In this document: positions 48,813-60,561 of the stretch, piece after piece
How the letters are laid out: each line of letters starts with the position of its first letter
Position numbering within the stretch: the stretch's first letter is position 1
DNA from: Chrysomallon squamiferum
Lineage: Eukaryota; Animalia; Mollusca
Assembly (NCBI GenBank): GCA_012295275.1
Contig: CM022670.1
Coordinates: 17,050,001 to 17,114,000, forward strand
Direction: 5' to 3'
DNA length: 64,000 nucleotides
Translations under genes and position numbers: made by a program
The notes under the pieces: generated by a model
What the model saw: only the letters and a program-made list of their open reading frames with translations
What the model was told of the DNA's origin: nothing
The model's database searches: none

Positions 48813-51800
48813 AGTTAAATGCTGTGTTTATTGCACTGAATGGTGTTGCTCTAACAGGACATAAAAGAACTATGAAAGCCATGCTTCTCTCACGCCTTTC
48901 CCAGCACTGCTACATAATAGCAACAGTTCACCTCTTCATGGTGGCTGCATTCAAACTCAGTCTTATGCTGAGAGGTTTCCTTTTTGTTCAGTCTTCAATG
49001 TGCACCAAGCTTTTAGCCTGTCACTGAAAAACGTTTTTATATTTATGCCTGGTTTTTGTCACCCAGGTTTTATTCAAACACTTTTCCGTGGTTTTTGGTA
49101 ACTGTGAGAGGAATGTGTGGTAAGTTAGCAGTTAACATGTTAATACCATTCAAAGCTAAATCTGTTTTCTACTAAAACAGTTTTTATCACAAAATAGGAT
49201 ATAGAAAGTGATAGTTTTGTTGGGGTTTTCATTTAAAAAGATTTGTTTGGAAATCAAGGTTATTCACCTAGTCTTCAGTGATATAATTTTTCAAATCGTT
49301 TACATGCATTATTTTTCTGGTAATTTTTGTACGTTCTTATATATCTGTTCACATTAATTGTTAAATTATTGCAAGATACTACCATTTTTCAATATTGTGT
49401 GTAATCTGTTCTGGTAAATCTATAAACTAAACATTTTATTTGTTTACTATCAGTATAATAAAAATATTTAACAGAAGTGTACCGAGTCTAAAATAATAAT
49501 AATAAAATTTCATAATAAATGGATCGTTTAATTAACATAATAAAATAATAAAAGTTCACTATAACAATTAATAACAGTTTGTTTATAGATGTTGTAAATT
49601 TCTGTGATAGACATTTATACTGATATTTTCCATTTTAGTAATAATATCTTTGTAGACGTTCTAAATTTTTGTAATAAATATTTTCTGATATTTTCCATGT
49701 TGATAATAAAATGTTTATAGATATTAAAAAACAAAAATTATTATGAACTTTTATACTGATTTTTCCATTTTTAAAAATCATTCATGATAAATGTATTCTT
49801 CGGAAAGATTTGTAATTAACACAATTTCCAACAATGAACAGGGCGATTATTGAAAATCATTTTCAACCAGGAATGCGTATGTTATTTCTGGACGCTGAAT
49901 CAGTTTGTTTAAGGATGACACTACGAGCGAGCGGTTGGATGTGTTATTTCAGTGATTTGTTTGCGGTGTTGTAAAGAGGTTTATTTGTAACCAAAAACCC
50001 TCCTTCTCTTAGGTCCCAGCGGAACACTTTGTGTTCAGCAATCAGGCTGGAAATGATATAAGCCGTCACATCAACAGGATGCAGATCACATTTACACTTG
50101 TCTAACGGTTTGTAAGAAAAACAACCTATTTTCCTTCCATTTATCTCTTCATCCAGATCTGAGGACACGAATACGCTAAACACCGCAAACTTACGTGTGA
50201 AGTAACAGAACACTCCACTGGACGTCCTCTGGAGTTCCCTTTGTGTCACATGATGCTTCGTTTTTTGTGTTGGGTCAGGAAGAAGTAATGAGACTGTTGT
50301 CCTCTCACAATTAACACAATACTAACGGAATTCGCGTTTCTTTGAGGATTCCAGTGTCTGTGTGGTGACTATCAACATTTCACGACTGTTCTGAGTACAC
50401 TGATTTATTCTTTAGTTATATATTTATAAGGATAAAAAAACTAAAAACCTAAAATGTAAGTATGTTATTACGAACATTGAAAAATAGATGTAAAATATTT
50501 CTAATATTTCTACTTTGAAAAATAAATATATTATATAATGACATTCAAAAATATATATATTATATTTTGACACTGAATAAAATGTATTTCTACATTGAAA
50601 AATAATTTTATTATATTTCTACCTGGCAAGATCATTTTCTTTAAAATCTCAGGTGATAAAAGATTTTCAATTACTTTTCAAAATGTCTAAACTGCAATAC
50701 TATAACAAAATTCTATCACAAAAGTTGCTGAATTACTGATTTGAAATGTCTATTTGAAAATGTTAACAGACTTTTGAAACTAAAATTGTGTAAATGGTTC
50801 AGAAACAGGTTTCAGTGTAGATGTTAATTACAAAACTACAGAGAGGTTTTAAAATGAGAAAAGGAGTAATGTATTATTACATGTTTAACTGCACCCAGCT
50901 GTTATCCTCACGGACTTTGGTTTGTTAAACACATTCTCTTGTCTTCAAACTGGTTACATTCGTTCTGCTTAATCCCCAGCCTGTCTTTTCAAATGGTTAT
51001 TTAGCTATCTGACAGTCTTCTTAGAAATCACTTTTAGATTAATCTACAAGAAAATACCCCAGTAACAATACAGCATTTTAGGAATATCATTAGTTCATTC
51101 TTTCTTCCTCTTTATATGTGTTTTTCTCTTTCTCTGTGTTAACATGTAAATAGATATACGTGTTTACCTATATTTTATTTCTGAAATCTCATGAAAAAAC
51201 CAAGAATGTTATTGCCACAAAATGTGCTGAAAAGATTAATGTCTACTGAAATGAGAAGAAATGAGCCATGAATTTCCATTGTTTATTTTTACTGATAATA
51301 GTTAGATATCTTTAGCATACAGTTTTGTATGACAGCACAAAGCACATCCTTAAATAATCAAACTGTGGAGCATTGTGAGAAATAGTCTAACATTTCCAGA
51401 GAATAGCATTGATCCTGAAGTCTCTTATTCCTCATTCTTCTAACAGTTTACCTGTATATGCTGATTTACACAATACTCTTATTACTGTTCATTGTTAGAA
51501 ATGACTCTGTTTTACATCACTGCTTCTTAATCTTTTATTTTTCAGCATCCCTTTTAAAATAATTTTTAAAGTTTGGGCCCCTAGGTTACTTTTTATACAG
51601 GGACAGAAGAATGATGAATATCGTATTGTATTATGTTATAAGTTGTTATAAGTGGGTGCTGCCATTTTTGTTTAAAAATCACTGTTTTATGTAATGTATT
51701 TCTGTTACTATAAACAGAATTTATGTCACTTTTTAAATTTTGATGACATCTTGTGAAGGCAAATGTATTATTAATACAAATAAACACCAGAAAACCAACA

Positions 51801-51844
51801 ACACACCTTGTTCAGCTTTTCAAAACTGTTTTAATAGTGTAACA

Positions 51845-51997
51845 AAATATTCTTTTCATTTCTTATTTCAATAAATATTTATTTACATTCATTCACTTTT
51901 TTAATATTCTTTTTATTTCTTATTTCAATAAATACTTATTTACATTGAATATTTTAATATTCTTTTTATTTCTTATATCAATAAATATTTAGTTACA
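51845..51997. repeat. Three ~50-bp AT-rich direct repeats
   Basis: aatattctttttatttcttatttcaataaatatttatttaca x3 with minor variation. Confidence 0.8.
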
Positions 51998-52281
51998 CTG
52001 GTAAGATGTTCATTCAGGTTTATGACTTCAATTTTGGTATCAACTGTTGAACTAACACAGTAAGTCAGTTTATCACACCACTTTATATGTTATACAAATT
52101 TACTTTTTATGTTTGCTTTATTGAATGTAAAAGAGTGAACAAAAAATGTTTAAAATAAAAAAAACAGACACATATACCTACATACACACATCAATATATA
52201 TACACACATAGACATAGAACTTACTAATATACATATAAACACACATACATAACATGGTTACTATTTACATATATGCATTAC

Positions 52282-52325
<44 letters not shown>

Positions 52326-54061
52326 CAAGAACACCAGGTAGAATACTGAACTGTAAGTGAGAAGTAATAAATTACACTGAACAAACAATAAGTGATATGC
52401 AAAACACAACAGATACAGTTTACATTATGAAAAATCTGTGCTAAAAGTTAAACTTGTTGATACGCTTGACCGGTTTTATAAGGATGGGAAAAGTTTGAAA
52501 ACATGTAAAACATGAATTCACATTGTGAAGAGAATAATTATATACTTTTTTTTTTTTTTTTTTTTTTTTACTTGTGCTTTGAATATTAACAATACGTGAA
52601 TATATACAACTTCAATCTTATGAAAAATAACTAAAATTGTTTGTTTCAGTTTTGTCTGAGTTTTTTTCCCATTTATTTATTTTTTCTTCAGTAAAAAAAA
52701 AAAAAGAAAAAGAGATATAATAAATGAGACCCTCTATTGATGTGTTTACTTATTTATGTGTAAAATAAAATATCAGGAGTGTAGAGTAAGCTGTGATGAA
52801 ATTTAACTGTTGATCTTGGATCTGAAGTTGTAAACAGTGAAAACTGAGATGGTATTTTAATGATGCTGGTTGCTCTCCGGCAGTCAGTCAGTGTCTGGCC
52901 ACTGTGACAAGACTCTTTGCTCCAGCCTCTCTGGGGAAGCCTTCGAAGCATTGCTTCAGTACTCCAGGGCCACTACACAACAATTGCTGTCCCTTCATGC
53001 ACAGCCTTTATTGTGGACCACTGCTAATAAGCCAGAAAAATACAGCTTTTCCCAAGTGTCCCCAGAAAACAGTAATTGAGGTGAGCACTTTGATGTAGAC
53101 TCACCTGTATCTGCGCTCCCATTGTGAGCAGTGAGATGGAGCATCCATAATGTTGTTTGACAGTGGCTGGTTTAAAGGTGAAGCTCGGAGATTTGAAAAT
53201 ATCTTTTATTGTGCTCCATGCTGTGGAGTGTAATGATGTAAAAAGAGAGTGGCAGAAAGTCGCTACAATTAAACAAAGTAAGTGGTGTGATAAAAACAAG
53301 CAATCGCGCTGTTTACGAGGTTGTAAAATATTCAGCCTGCAGTTGTCACAAGTTTACGGATTACTCGAAGTGTTGTTGGAGAAAAGAAAGAGAATCATAA
53401 ACGAAAGGTAAAAAAAATAAAATAAAAAAATAAAAAAAGTTTGGTCATCATTTTTATGCTTGTCTGAGTTGACGTGTTAACTGCTGTTGATGCATTGATT
53501 GCCTTGGTGGGCTGGACGACACAAACCAGAAAAAGATTTCAGTGGATTGTCTAAGTGTTTCCTGTAGTCAGCCATTCACAGCACTGTAAATACTCAGTCT
53601 CCAAGCTGTGGATGACACAGTTACTGGTTTACAGAATCTCAGGACTTCGTTTATAGATTATTGTGTTTTCTCAAAGCTTCACAAAGTGATCTTTTGTTCC
53701 ATCGGATTTCTTTTGTTTAATTATTGACAATTTATCAGGTTTGGTTCTTTAATTTTTTTTTTTTTTTTTTTTTGTCAGGAAAAAACTCGGTTGCTGAGAT
53801 TTTATTTTATTTTGTGTGTGCTTAGTGATAATGTCAGTTGATGTAAATAAATATTTTGTAAGTCATTTATTTTTTCGTTACATTTCATTTATATATTGAA
53901 TTATCATTTCTGAAATTAGATTTATATATTATAAGTTCAGAAAATACATTTAATTATTGCAACATCAATTGAGAAATTATTTTTGTATATTGGATTATCA
54001 ATTCAGAAATTATTTTTTTATATTGCGAAATCAATTCAGAATTTGTTTGAAATTAATATCA

Positions 54062-54092
<31 letters not shown>

Positions 54093-55904
54093 TTTCAATA
54101 TAAGTGTCTTCAATTAAATTAAATTATTTTGTAGTTCTTTTATTCTTGTTCATTTTACTGACGTTTTTAAAAATGATTTTCTTTTCTGCTAGAAGTTGTT
54201 GGTTTGTTTGTTTTGATATGTTGACAGTGTGAGAAATGAAGGCAAGGATATTTTTTAATCGCTGTGTTTTTTCAGGAATGATAATTTATAGGACTTTAGC
54301 ATTTGTTTTTGTTTATTTAGTGTTTTTTCTGGGTTTTTTTTTTATTTTGTGTGTTTTTTTTTTATCTAAATTGTTTACTTTCAGGAATGTAAAATTATAG
54401 GATATTTTTTTTCAGTGGGAACAATTCTTTGTTAGTTGAAATAACTTGATGAATTTCTTTTTTAAATTTGAAAGTAGATTTTTTTTTGTGTGTGTATATT
54501 TACAAATATTTTGGAACAAAAACCACCAACCAAACTGTAATAGTAATCATAAAATGAGAATTAATTTTCTGTTGCAGTGGTGAAAAAATCATGAAATGAA
54601 CAACAAAAGAAACCAAGCCTGTATACAATATAATAAAATATATGTGTTTTTTTTTAAATATTTTTCAAAATACTTTTCTGTTGTAGTGTACTGGTTTACT
54701 GTTATGTGAAACCAGGCACATATCAAAATGTGCAGAAAATAGACATAAACCTTTTTTTTTTCTTCTTTTTTTTTTTTTTACTTATGGAACTCAAATACAT
54801 TTATTTATTTGTTTTAATTTCTTTCCTAGTTTACAAAATTATTAATATTAACTGGTTATACCTTTTGCTTGTGATATAATTTAAGTATTATTAAAGCCTA
54901 GTAACTAAATCATTTATGAATATCAATAAAATGTATATCAAATTATTAATGACATATATGATTTTTAATAAACATCTCAAATAAACAAAATGCAAATATA
55001 ACTTCTGGTCAATACATGTTTAGACAAACACATTGAGTAATTGTATGGCAATGATGAATAGCTCACTCACTGTATAAACACATTGAGTAATACAGAGCAG
55101 GACTGAAAGGCTCACTCATTCGACTAAAGTCTTGTGCAAACATTGGGAACTTATTTCCTAAACTAGTGAGGCTTTTGCCTAATTGAACCTATAGAAACGT
55201 TTTACTGCCTGTCACTCTCTACACCTACAGTGTCTCTCTGGTACAGTTTAAACCTTTCAGCATTGTCCAGTAATCCGACACGTCAACATAACCACAGAAT
55301 GTTGAAGTTGCAGCTTTCCCTGCCTTATCTTTATCACACTTGTAACAAACAACAGTAACTGCAGCCACAAACAACAGAGGTGTTTAGCAGTTCCATCTGG
55401 GGCTGCTTTTCAAATTTGTTTGATTAAATGTTTTACTGTTAATGACAACTATCAATACAGAAGTGTTGTGTGTTGATGCTTACATTCTCTATTTGCAGGT
55501 CTCTGTAGGAGAGAAAACTTCAGCAGAGAGAGAGGACTCTACAGAGAAGTGAAAACAGATATATCACTTGTTACACACAGAAGGAACAGTTGTCACTCGA
55601 CGTTGTCTGGATCATGTGTATTCCTGCTGATCTGCAGTTGAAATTGATTTTTACTGAGTGTTGTTTTGTTTCTAAACAAGATATTTGTCAGCACTTATTT
55701 AATGATTTGAAGAAATTTTAAAAAATCAGAAAGCAATTCTTGGTTCTGGTAACCATGCTAAATAAAAAGAAAATAAGAAATGTGACGACATTACTTTTAC
55801 CACTTATCACGGTAACTTTCTAAGAGATCTGTTTGGAGATATATTCTGGCTAATATGAAATTGCAATTTTTTTTTTTACTGTTTAAAATTTATGTGATTC
55901 GGAC

Positions 55905-58496
55905 ATGATGTTGGAGAAAGTCAGTAATTTAGCATTGTGTGTTTTGTTGCTGTTTGTGGGTGGGTGTCACACAGATCTTGTATACAGGCTGAAGGAGGAG
56001 GTGCAGAACGGGACACTGGTGGGAAACGTGGCCAGGGACAGCAAGCTGTACAGTTCATTAAACCAGGAACAGCTGGACAATGTCCAGTACAAACTGACCA
56101 GTGCTGACTCCCCCACACAACAAGTCTTCACAATTCACAAAACTTCTGGATCCATCACAACAATTGGCAGGCTGGACAGAGAGCAGCTGTGTCCTGCGTC
56201 TGTGAGCTGTATTCTCAAACTTGATGTTAATGTCTACATCAGAGACTCAAAGAGCAGCACCTTCGACCTGAAAGTCATCCCAGTGGAGATTGTTGTTGAA
56301 GACATCAACGACAATTTTCCAGTGTTTGCACAGACTCACATCTCTCTCAGTGTCAGTGAGGACGTCAGTGTCAGCCATGTTTCTCTAATCACTGCTGCTA
56401 CAGACAAAGACACAGGAAAAAATAACTCTATTCAAAGTTATCAGCTTCTGCCAGACAATGGAATCTTTGTTCTGGTTGAAGAACAAAACTTGGACGGGTC
56501 AGTTAGTCTTGGAATCAAAGTGTCCAAAAAACTGGACCGTGAGACTCAAGACTTCTATGGGTTAAGGGTTATTGCGAAAGATGGAGGAAATCCACCTAAA
56601 ACAGGATCTCTGTCTATTTCATTAACTGTTACAGACGCCAACGACAACAGTCCGGTTTTTGTAAACACTGTCTTCAACACTTCCATACCTGAAGACTTTC
56701 CGGTCAACTCACCTATCATAACATTTTCAGCTGTCGACAAAGACATCGGTCTCAACGGAAAAATTAGGTTCAAGTTCAGTTCCAGGACTTCGGCCAAAGT
56801 GAGAAGCATTCTGGCCATTAACGAAAGCACTGGAGTCCTGTACTCCATCAGACAGCTAGACTATGAAGAGGACGAAGAATTTCAGTTTCTCGTGGAGGTC
56901 AGTGACTTTGGAACTCCTTCTCAGTCTTCAGAGGCTCCTGTTGTTATCAGCGTGTTAGACATCAACGACAACGCCCCAGAAATAATACTCACTTTAAACG
57001 ATGAGATGAGCAAACTCACAGAAAACACCGAGGTGGGCACATTTATAGGATATGTGTCTGTGTCTGACAGTGACAGTGGGCAGAATGGACGTGTCAGATG
57101 TGAAATATCGGACGACCATTTCCGTCTGTTGAAGTTTTCAGCTTTTAACTATTATAAAATTATCATCAACAAAAAAATGGATTACGAAATCACAAGAGAA
57201 TACAGTGTTAACGTCACTTGCTCAGACATGGGAACTCCACCCAAAAGTGCTTATTCGCTTTTTAATATAAAAGTTTTAGACGTGAATGACAACCCACCAG
57301 TATTCTCCAGTCAGGTTATAAATGCGTTCATCACAGAAAATAACAGTGTCGGACAAGTTATTCTTAAACTGACTGCCACCGACAGAGATGGACCTGGAAA
57401 TAACGAAATCACTTATTCCATTCTGGACAATTCGTTCGACATGGTGACAGTGTCACTGCAAGGCGACGTCACTGCCAGTAAATCGTACGACAGAGAAGAA
57501 ACTCTGACGTTTCAGTTTAAAGTGATAGCGAGAGATTCTGGATCACCAGCGTTGTTCTCGACGGCGACTGTTGCTGTCACAGTGGGTGATGTCAACGACT
57601 CCCCTCCTTACTTCACTCGGTCATCTTTCAAAATGTCCGCCGTAGAAAAAACGCCAAAAGACGTTGTCATAGGAAAAATCAATGCTATTGACCCAGATGA
57701 GAAAAATGAGTTTTATTTTTCATTTTATGAGGAGAACAATGTGACTGATTATTTCTCCGTAGAATCAGATTCTGGAAGAATTTTGACAAATAAAGTAATG
57801 AATATGAAAGTTGGTAGCTATCTCGAATTTAAGGTTGTGGTTGTGGATCCTACAAATCCCTCATTCATCGACTACACCAACGTCAGTGTGAACATAACCA
57901 AGGACAGTGACCAGCCACCAGTAATAACATTTCCTCAGAATGACTCAGTCACTGTAGCCTTTGACACTGTGGTTGGCAGTGTCATCACAAAGGTGCAAGC
58001 ATATGACGATGTATCAGGCAGCAAACTGACGTATTCCATACATTATGGAAACGAAAAAGACTTGTTTTTAATTAATTTTATTTCTGGAGAGATAATTATA
58101 GCCAGAGAAATTACTCAATCAGATGTTAGGACGTACGAAATCATCATTGGTGTCCGTGATGCAGGCACTCCGAGACACTCCTCTTTTGCTAAGATTTTCA
58201 TAGTAGTGAAAGGTCCAGCACTAGCAACAAGCAGTCTGAATGAGAACATTATCATTGTTATTATCCTCATCTGTGTCACTGTGGTGCTCAGCCTTGCTAT
58301 TACTGTGGTCATTTGTCTAATTAGAAAAATTGACAAGAACAGAAAGCAGCAAAAACTGTCGCAAAACCATATTAAGACAATTTACACGATAGAAAATGAG
58401 GAATATAGTGCAGATGACAAAGACAGTGGGATTGAAGAAGAAAGGTTAAAAGAAATGGAACTCAGTGTTGATCATTGTAATTCAGGAACTTTTGAG
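55905..58496 (+). CDS. Protocadherin large exon: signal peptide, EC1-EC7, TM, juxtamembrane tail
   Basis: EC1 has GTLVGNVARD and RLDREQLC-x5-C, a protocadherin hallmark. Linkers DINDNFP, DANDNSP, DINDNAP, DVNDNPP, DVNDSPP, DSDQPP. TM IIIVIILICVTVVLSLAITVVICLI. Ends at donor GAG|GTAAGT (58497). Confidence 0.97.
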
Positions 58497-60561
58497 GTAA
58501 GTTGTTGTTTGTTTATTTATTTTATTATTTGTCATCATCATCATCACCATTATTATTATTGTTGTTGTTATTATTATTATATATTTAATTTTATTATTAT
58601 TTATTTATTTATTATTGTTATTGTTATTGTTACTATATATTTATTTTATAATTTTTATTTTTATTATTGCTGTTGTTGTTGTTGTTGTCACTGTTGCTGT
58701 TGTTGTTAGGTCTTTTTTATTACTTTTTAAATAAAGTTTATTCATTCTTAATACAGCATAAACACATTTTCTGCATATTAAAATCAGTTAATAAATATAC
58801 CAGGAATGATTTAAGGCAACATGCCAAAAATACCTTATATAAATATTTGGTGTAAGTTTTGTTTGATTAAGTTGAATAAAAACTGTGATCTTTATTGTGC
58901 TGTTCTTTTGAAGTCTTATAATTCTTATATGAATTAATACCTTTTGTATTAATAAAACTACATAGAGCTAATTAAATTGGCTTTGATCAGCAATGTACAA
59001 GTCTTGGAAACTTACCTATGATTCTACAAAGGGAAAGTTTCTATAGCTTTTCAATCAGTAAAGTGGCTTATTATTGGTCATTTAACAAGAGATTTGAATA
59101 ATAATTTCAAAGAGTTTTTGTAGCCTGTGCATATTAGTTAACAAAAGGCTGAAACTAGACTTTCAGTAAGTATGTTTAATCATATAAAAATACTAAAAAT
59201 AAATTAAATGTTTGGACTTCTTTAAAACTGAAATCTAATAGCTTGTTAATAATTATCAATGATTACCAATTTGCTTTGATGTAAGTAAGTATGTTATTAT
59301 TTGTTATGTAAATGTTTATTTATCTTCAAAAAACATTGTGTGTAAGATGTTTAAAGCAGATAGTCTAGTGTACAGTCTGACGCAGACACTGTAGTGTAGA
59401 CTGTGATGTAGACAATATGCTGTAGACTGTATGTTAAGTATTTTGTGTTTCAGGACAATTTCTCAACAAGTCCAGTGAGGTACAAAGAACATGACAAGAA
59501 TTTTACTTCTTCCGGACTCACTCCTAGAAAACTTGTCCACTTCGAAGACAACATTTTGTCCAGCAAGATGGTGGATGCTGTCAGTGACACGTCAGCGGGG
59601 ACAGATAGTGGGCGGGGCTGTAGTGACGAGGAAATTCACAGCGTCGGAGGATCACTTCAGCTCATAAAACACAGTGACTCCAGTAAGAGTTCTTTTAAAT
59701 TACAACTTATAAAACACAGCGACTCCAGTAAGTGTTCTTTTAAATTACAACTTATAAAACACAGTGACTCCAGTAAGTGTTCTTTTAAATTACAACTTAT
59801 AAAACACAGCGACTCCAGTAAGTGTTCTTTTAAATTATCTCTTATTAAACACAGCGACTCCAGTAAGTGTTCTTTTAAATTATCTCTTATTAAACACAGC
59901 GACTCCAGTAAGAGTTCTTTTAAATTATCTCTTATTAAACACAGCGACTCCAGTAAGTGTTCTTTTAAATTATCTCTTATTAAACACAGCAACTCCAGTA
60001 AGAGTTCTTTTAAATTGTTATAAAACATAGTGACTCCAGTAAGATTTCTTTTAAAATTACAGCTTATAAAACCCTCTGACTCCAGTAAGATTTCTTTTAA
60101 AATTACAATTTATAAAACACAGCAACTCCAGTAAGATTTCTTTTAAATTATGTTATAAAATATAGTGACTCCTGTGAGAGTTCTTTTAAAATTATAACTT
60201 TTAAAACCCAGTGACTCCAGTAAGATTTCTTTTATAATTACAACTTATAACAATATGGTAATTGCAAGTAAGATTTCTTTTAAATTATGTATTATTAAAC
60301 TCAATGAATGCTTTAAGATTTCTTTTAAAATTACAACTTTTAAAACACAGTGATTCCAGTAAGACAAATATTTATTTGTGTGCATCTGTACATGTACTCG
60401 CATGTGTTCTCGATTATGCATGTGTTTGTATGTAGGTCTGTTCGAGCTTTCAAAAGTGACTTGCTTATTGTAAATTTAATATAAGCTGCATTTTATCAGA
60501 GATTTAGAGTATTATATATATTTTTATATTTTCAGTTTACAGTGTGGCCAGTTATGTCTAA
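55905..60561 (+). CDS. Protocadherin, delta-like with 7 cadherin repeats; 3 coding exons, 948 aa shortest form
   Basis: Exons 55905-58496, 59454-59682, 60536-60561; phases 0 then 1 (2847 nt). Signal peptide, ectodomain, TM, CM1-like motif and PDZ-type C-terminus. Confidence 0.9.
59454..59682 (+). CDS. Protocadherin cytoplasmic exon with CM1-like motif
   Basis: Acceptor ttttgtgtttcag|GAC, phase 0. Encodes SDTSAGTDSGRGCSDEE, resembling the DSG[KR]GxSD conserved motif 1 of delta-protocadherins. First donor CCA|GTAAGA at 59683. Confidence 0.85.
59656..60364 (+). repeat. ~45-bp tandem repeat, ~16 copies, each spanning an exon/intron junction
   Basis: Consensus ttacaacttataaaacacagYgactcca|gtaagWgttcttttaaa. 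GT at 59683, 59728, 59773, 59818, 59863, 59908, 59953, 59998, 60039, 60085, 60131, 60174, 60220, 60268 and 60359; the copy near 60313 has lost its GT. Confidence 0.97.
60536..60561 (+). CDS. Protocadherin terminal coding exon (IYSVASYV*)
   Basis: Acceptor tttttatattttcag|TT. The phase-1 join gives a C-terminal S-Y-V class I PDZ-binding motif. Confidence 0.7.

Noticed and set aside
47714-48882. His/Thr or Val/Cys-rich ORFs
   Set aside because: Translations of a TG/CA-derived minisatellite.
58497-58709. Cys/Tyr/His-rich C-terminal extension of the 934-aa ORF
   Set aside because: Read-through into intronic microsatellites past a consensus GAG|GTAAGT donor; the real tail continues at 59454.
59657-60028. 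Antisense Leu-rich repeat ORF (LKEHLLESLC...)
   Set aside because: By-product of the 45-bp repeat being stop-free on the reverse strand.
59656-60364. CRISPR-like appearance of the array
   Set aside because: Eukaryotic context, no unique spacers, no cas genes; it is a head-to-tail minisatellite.
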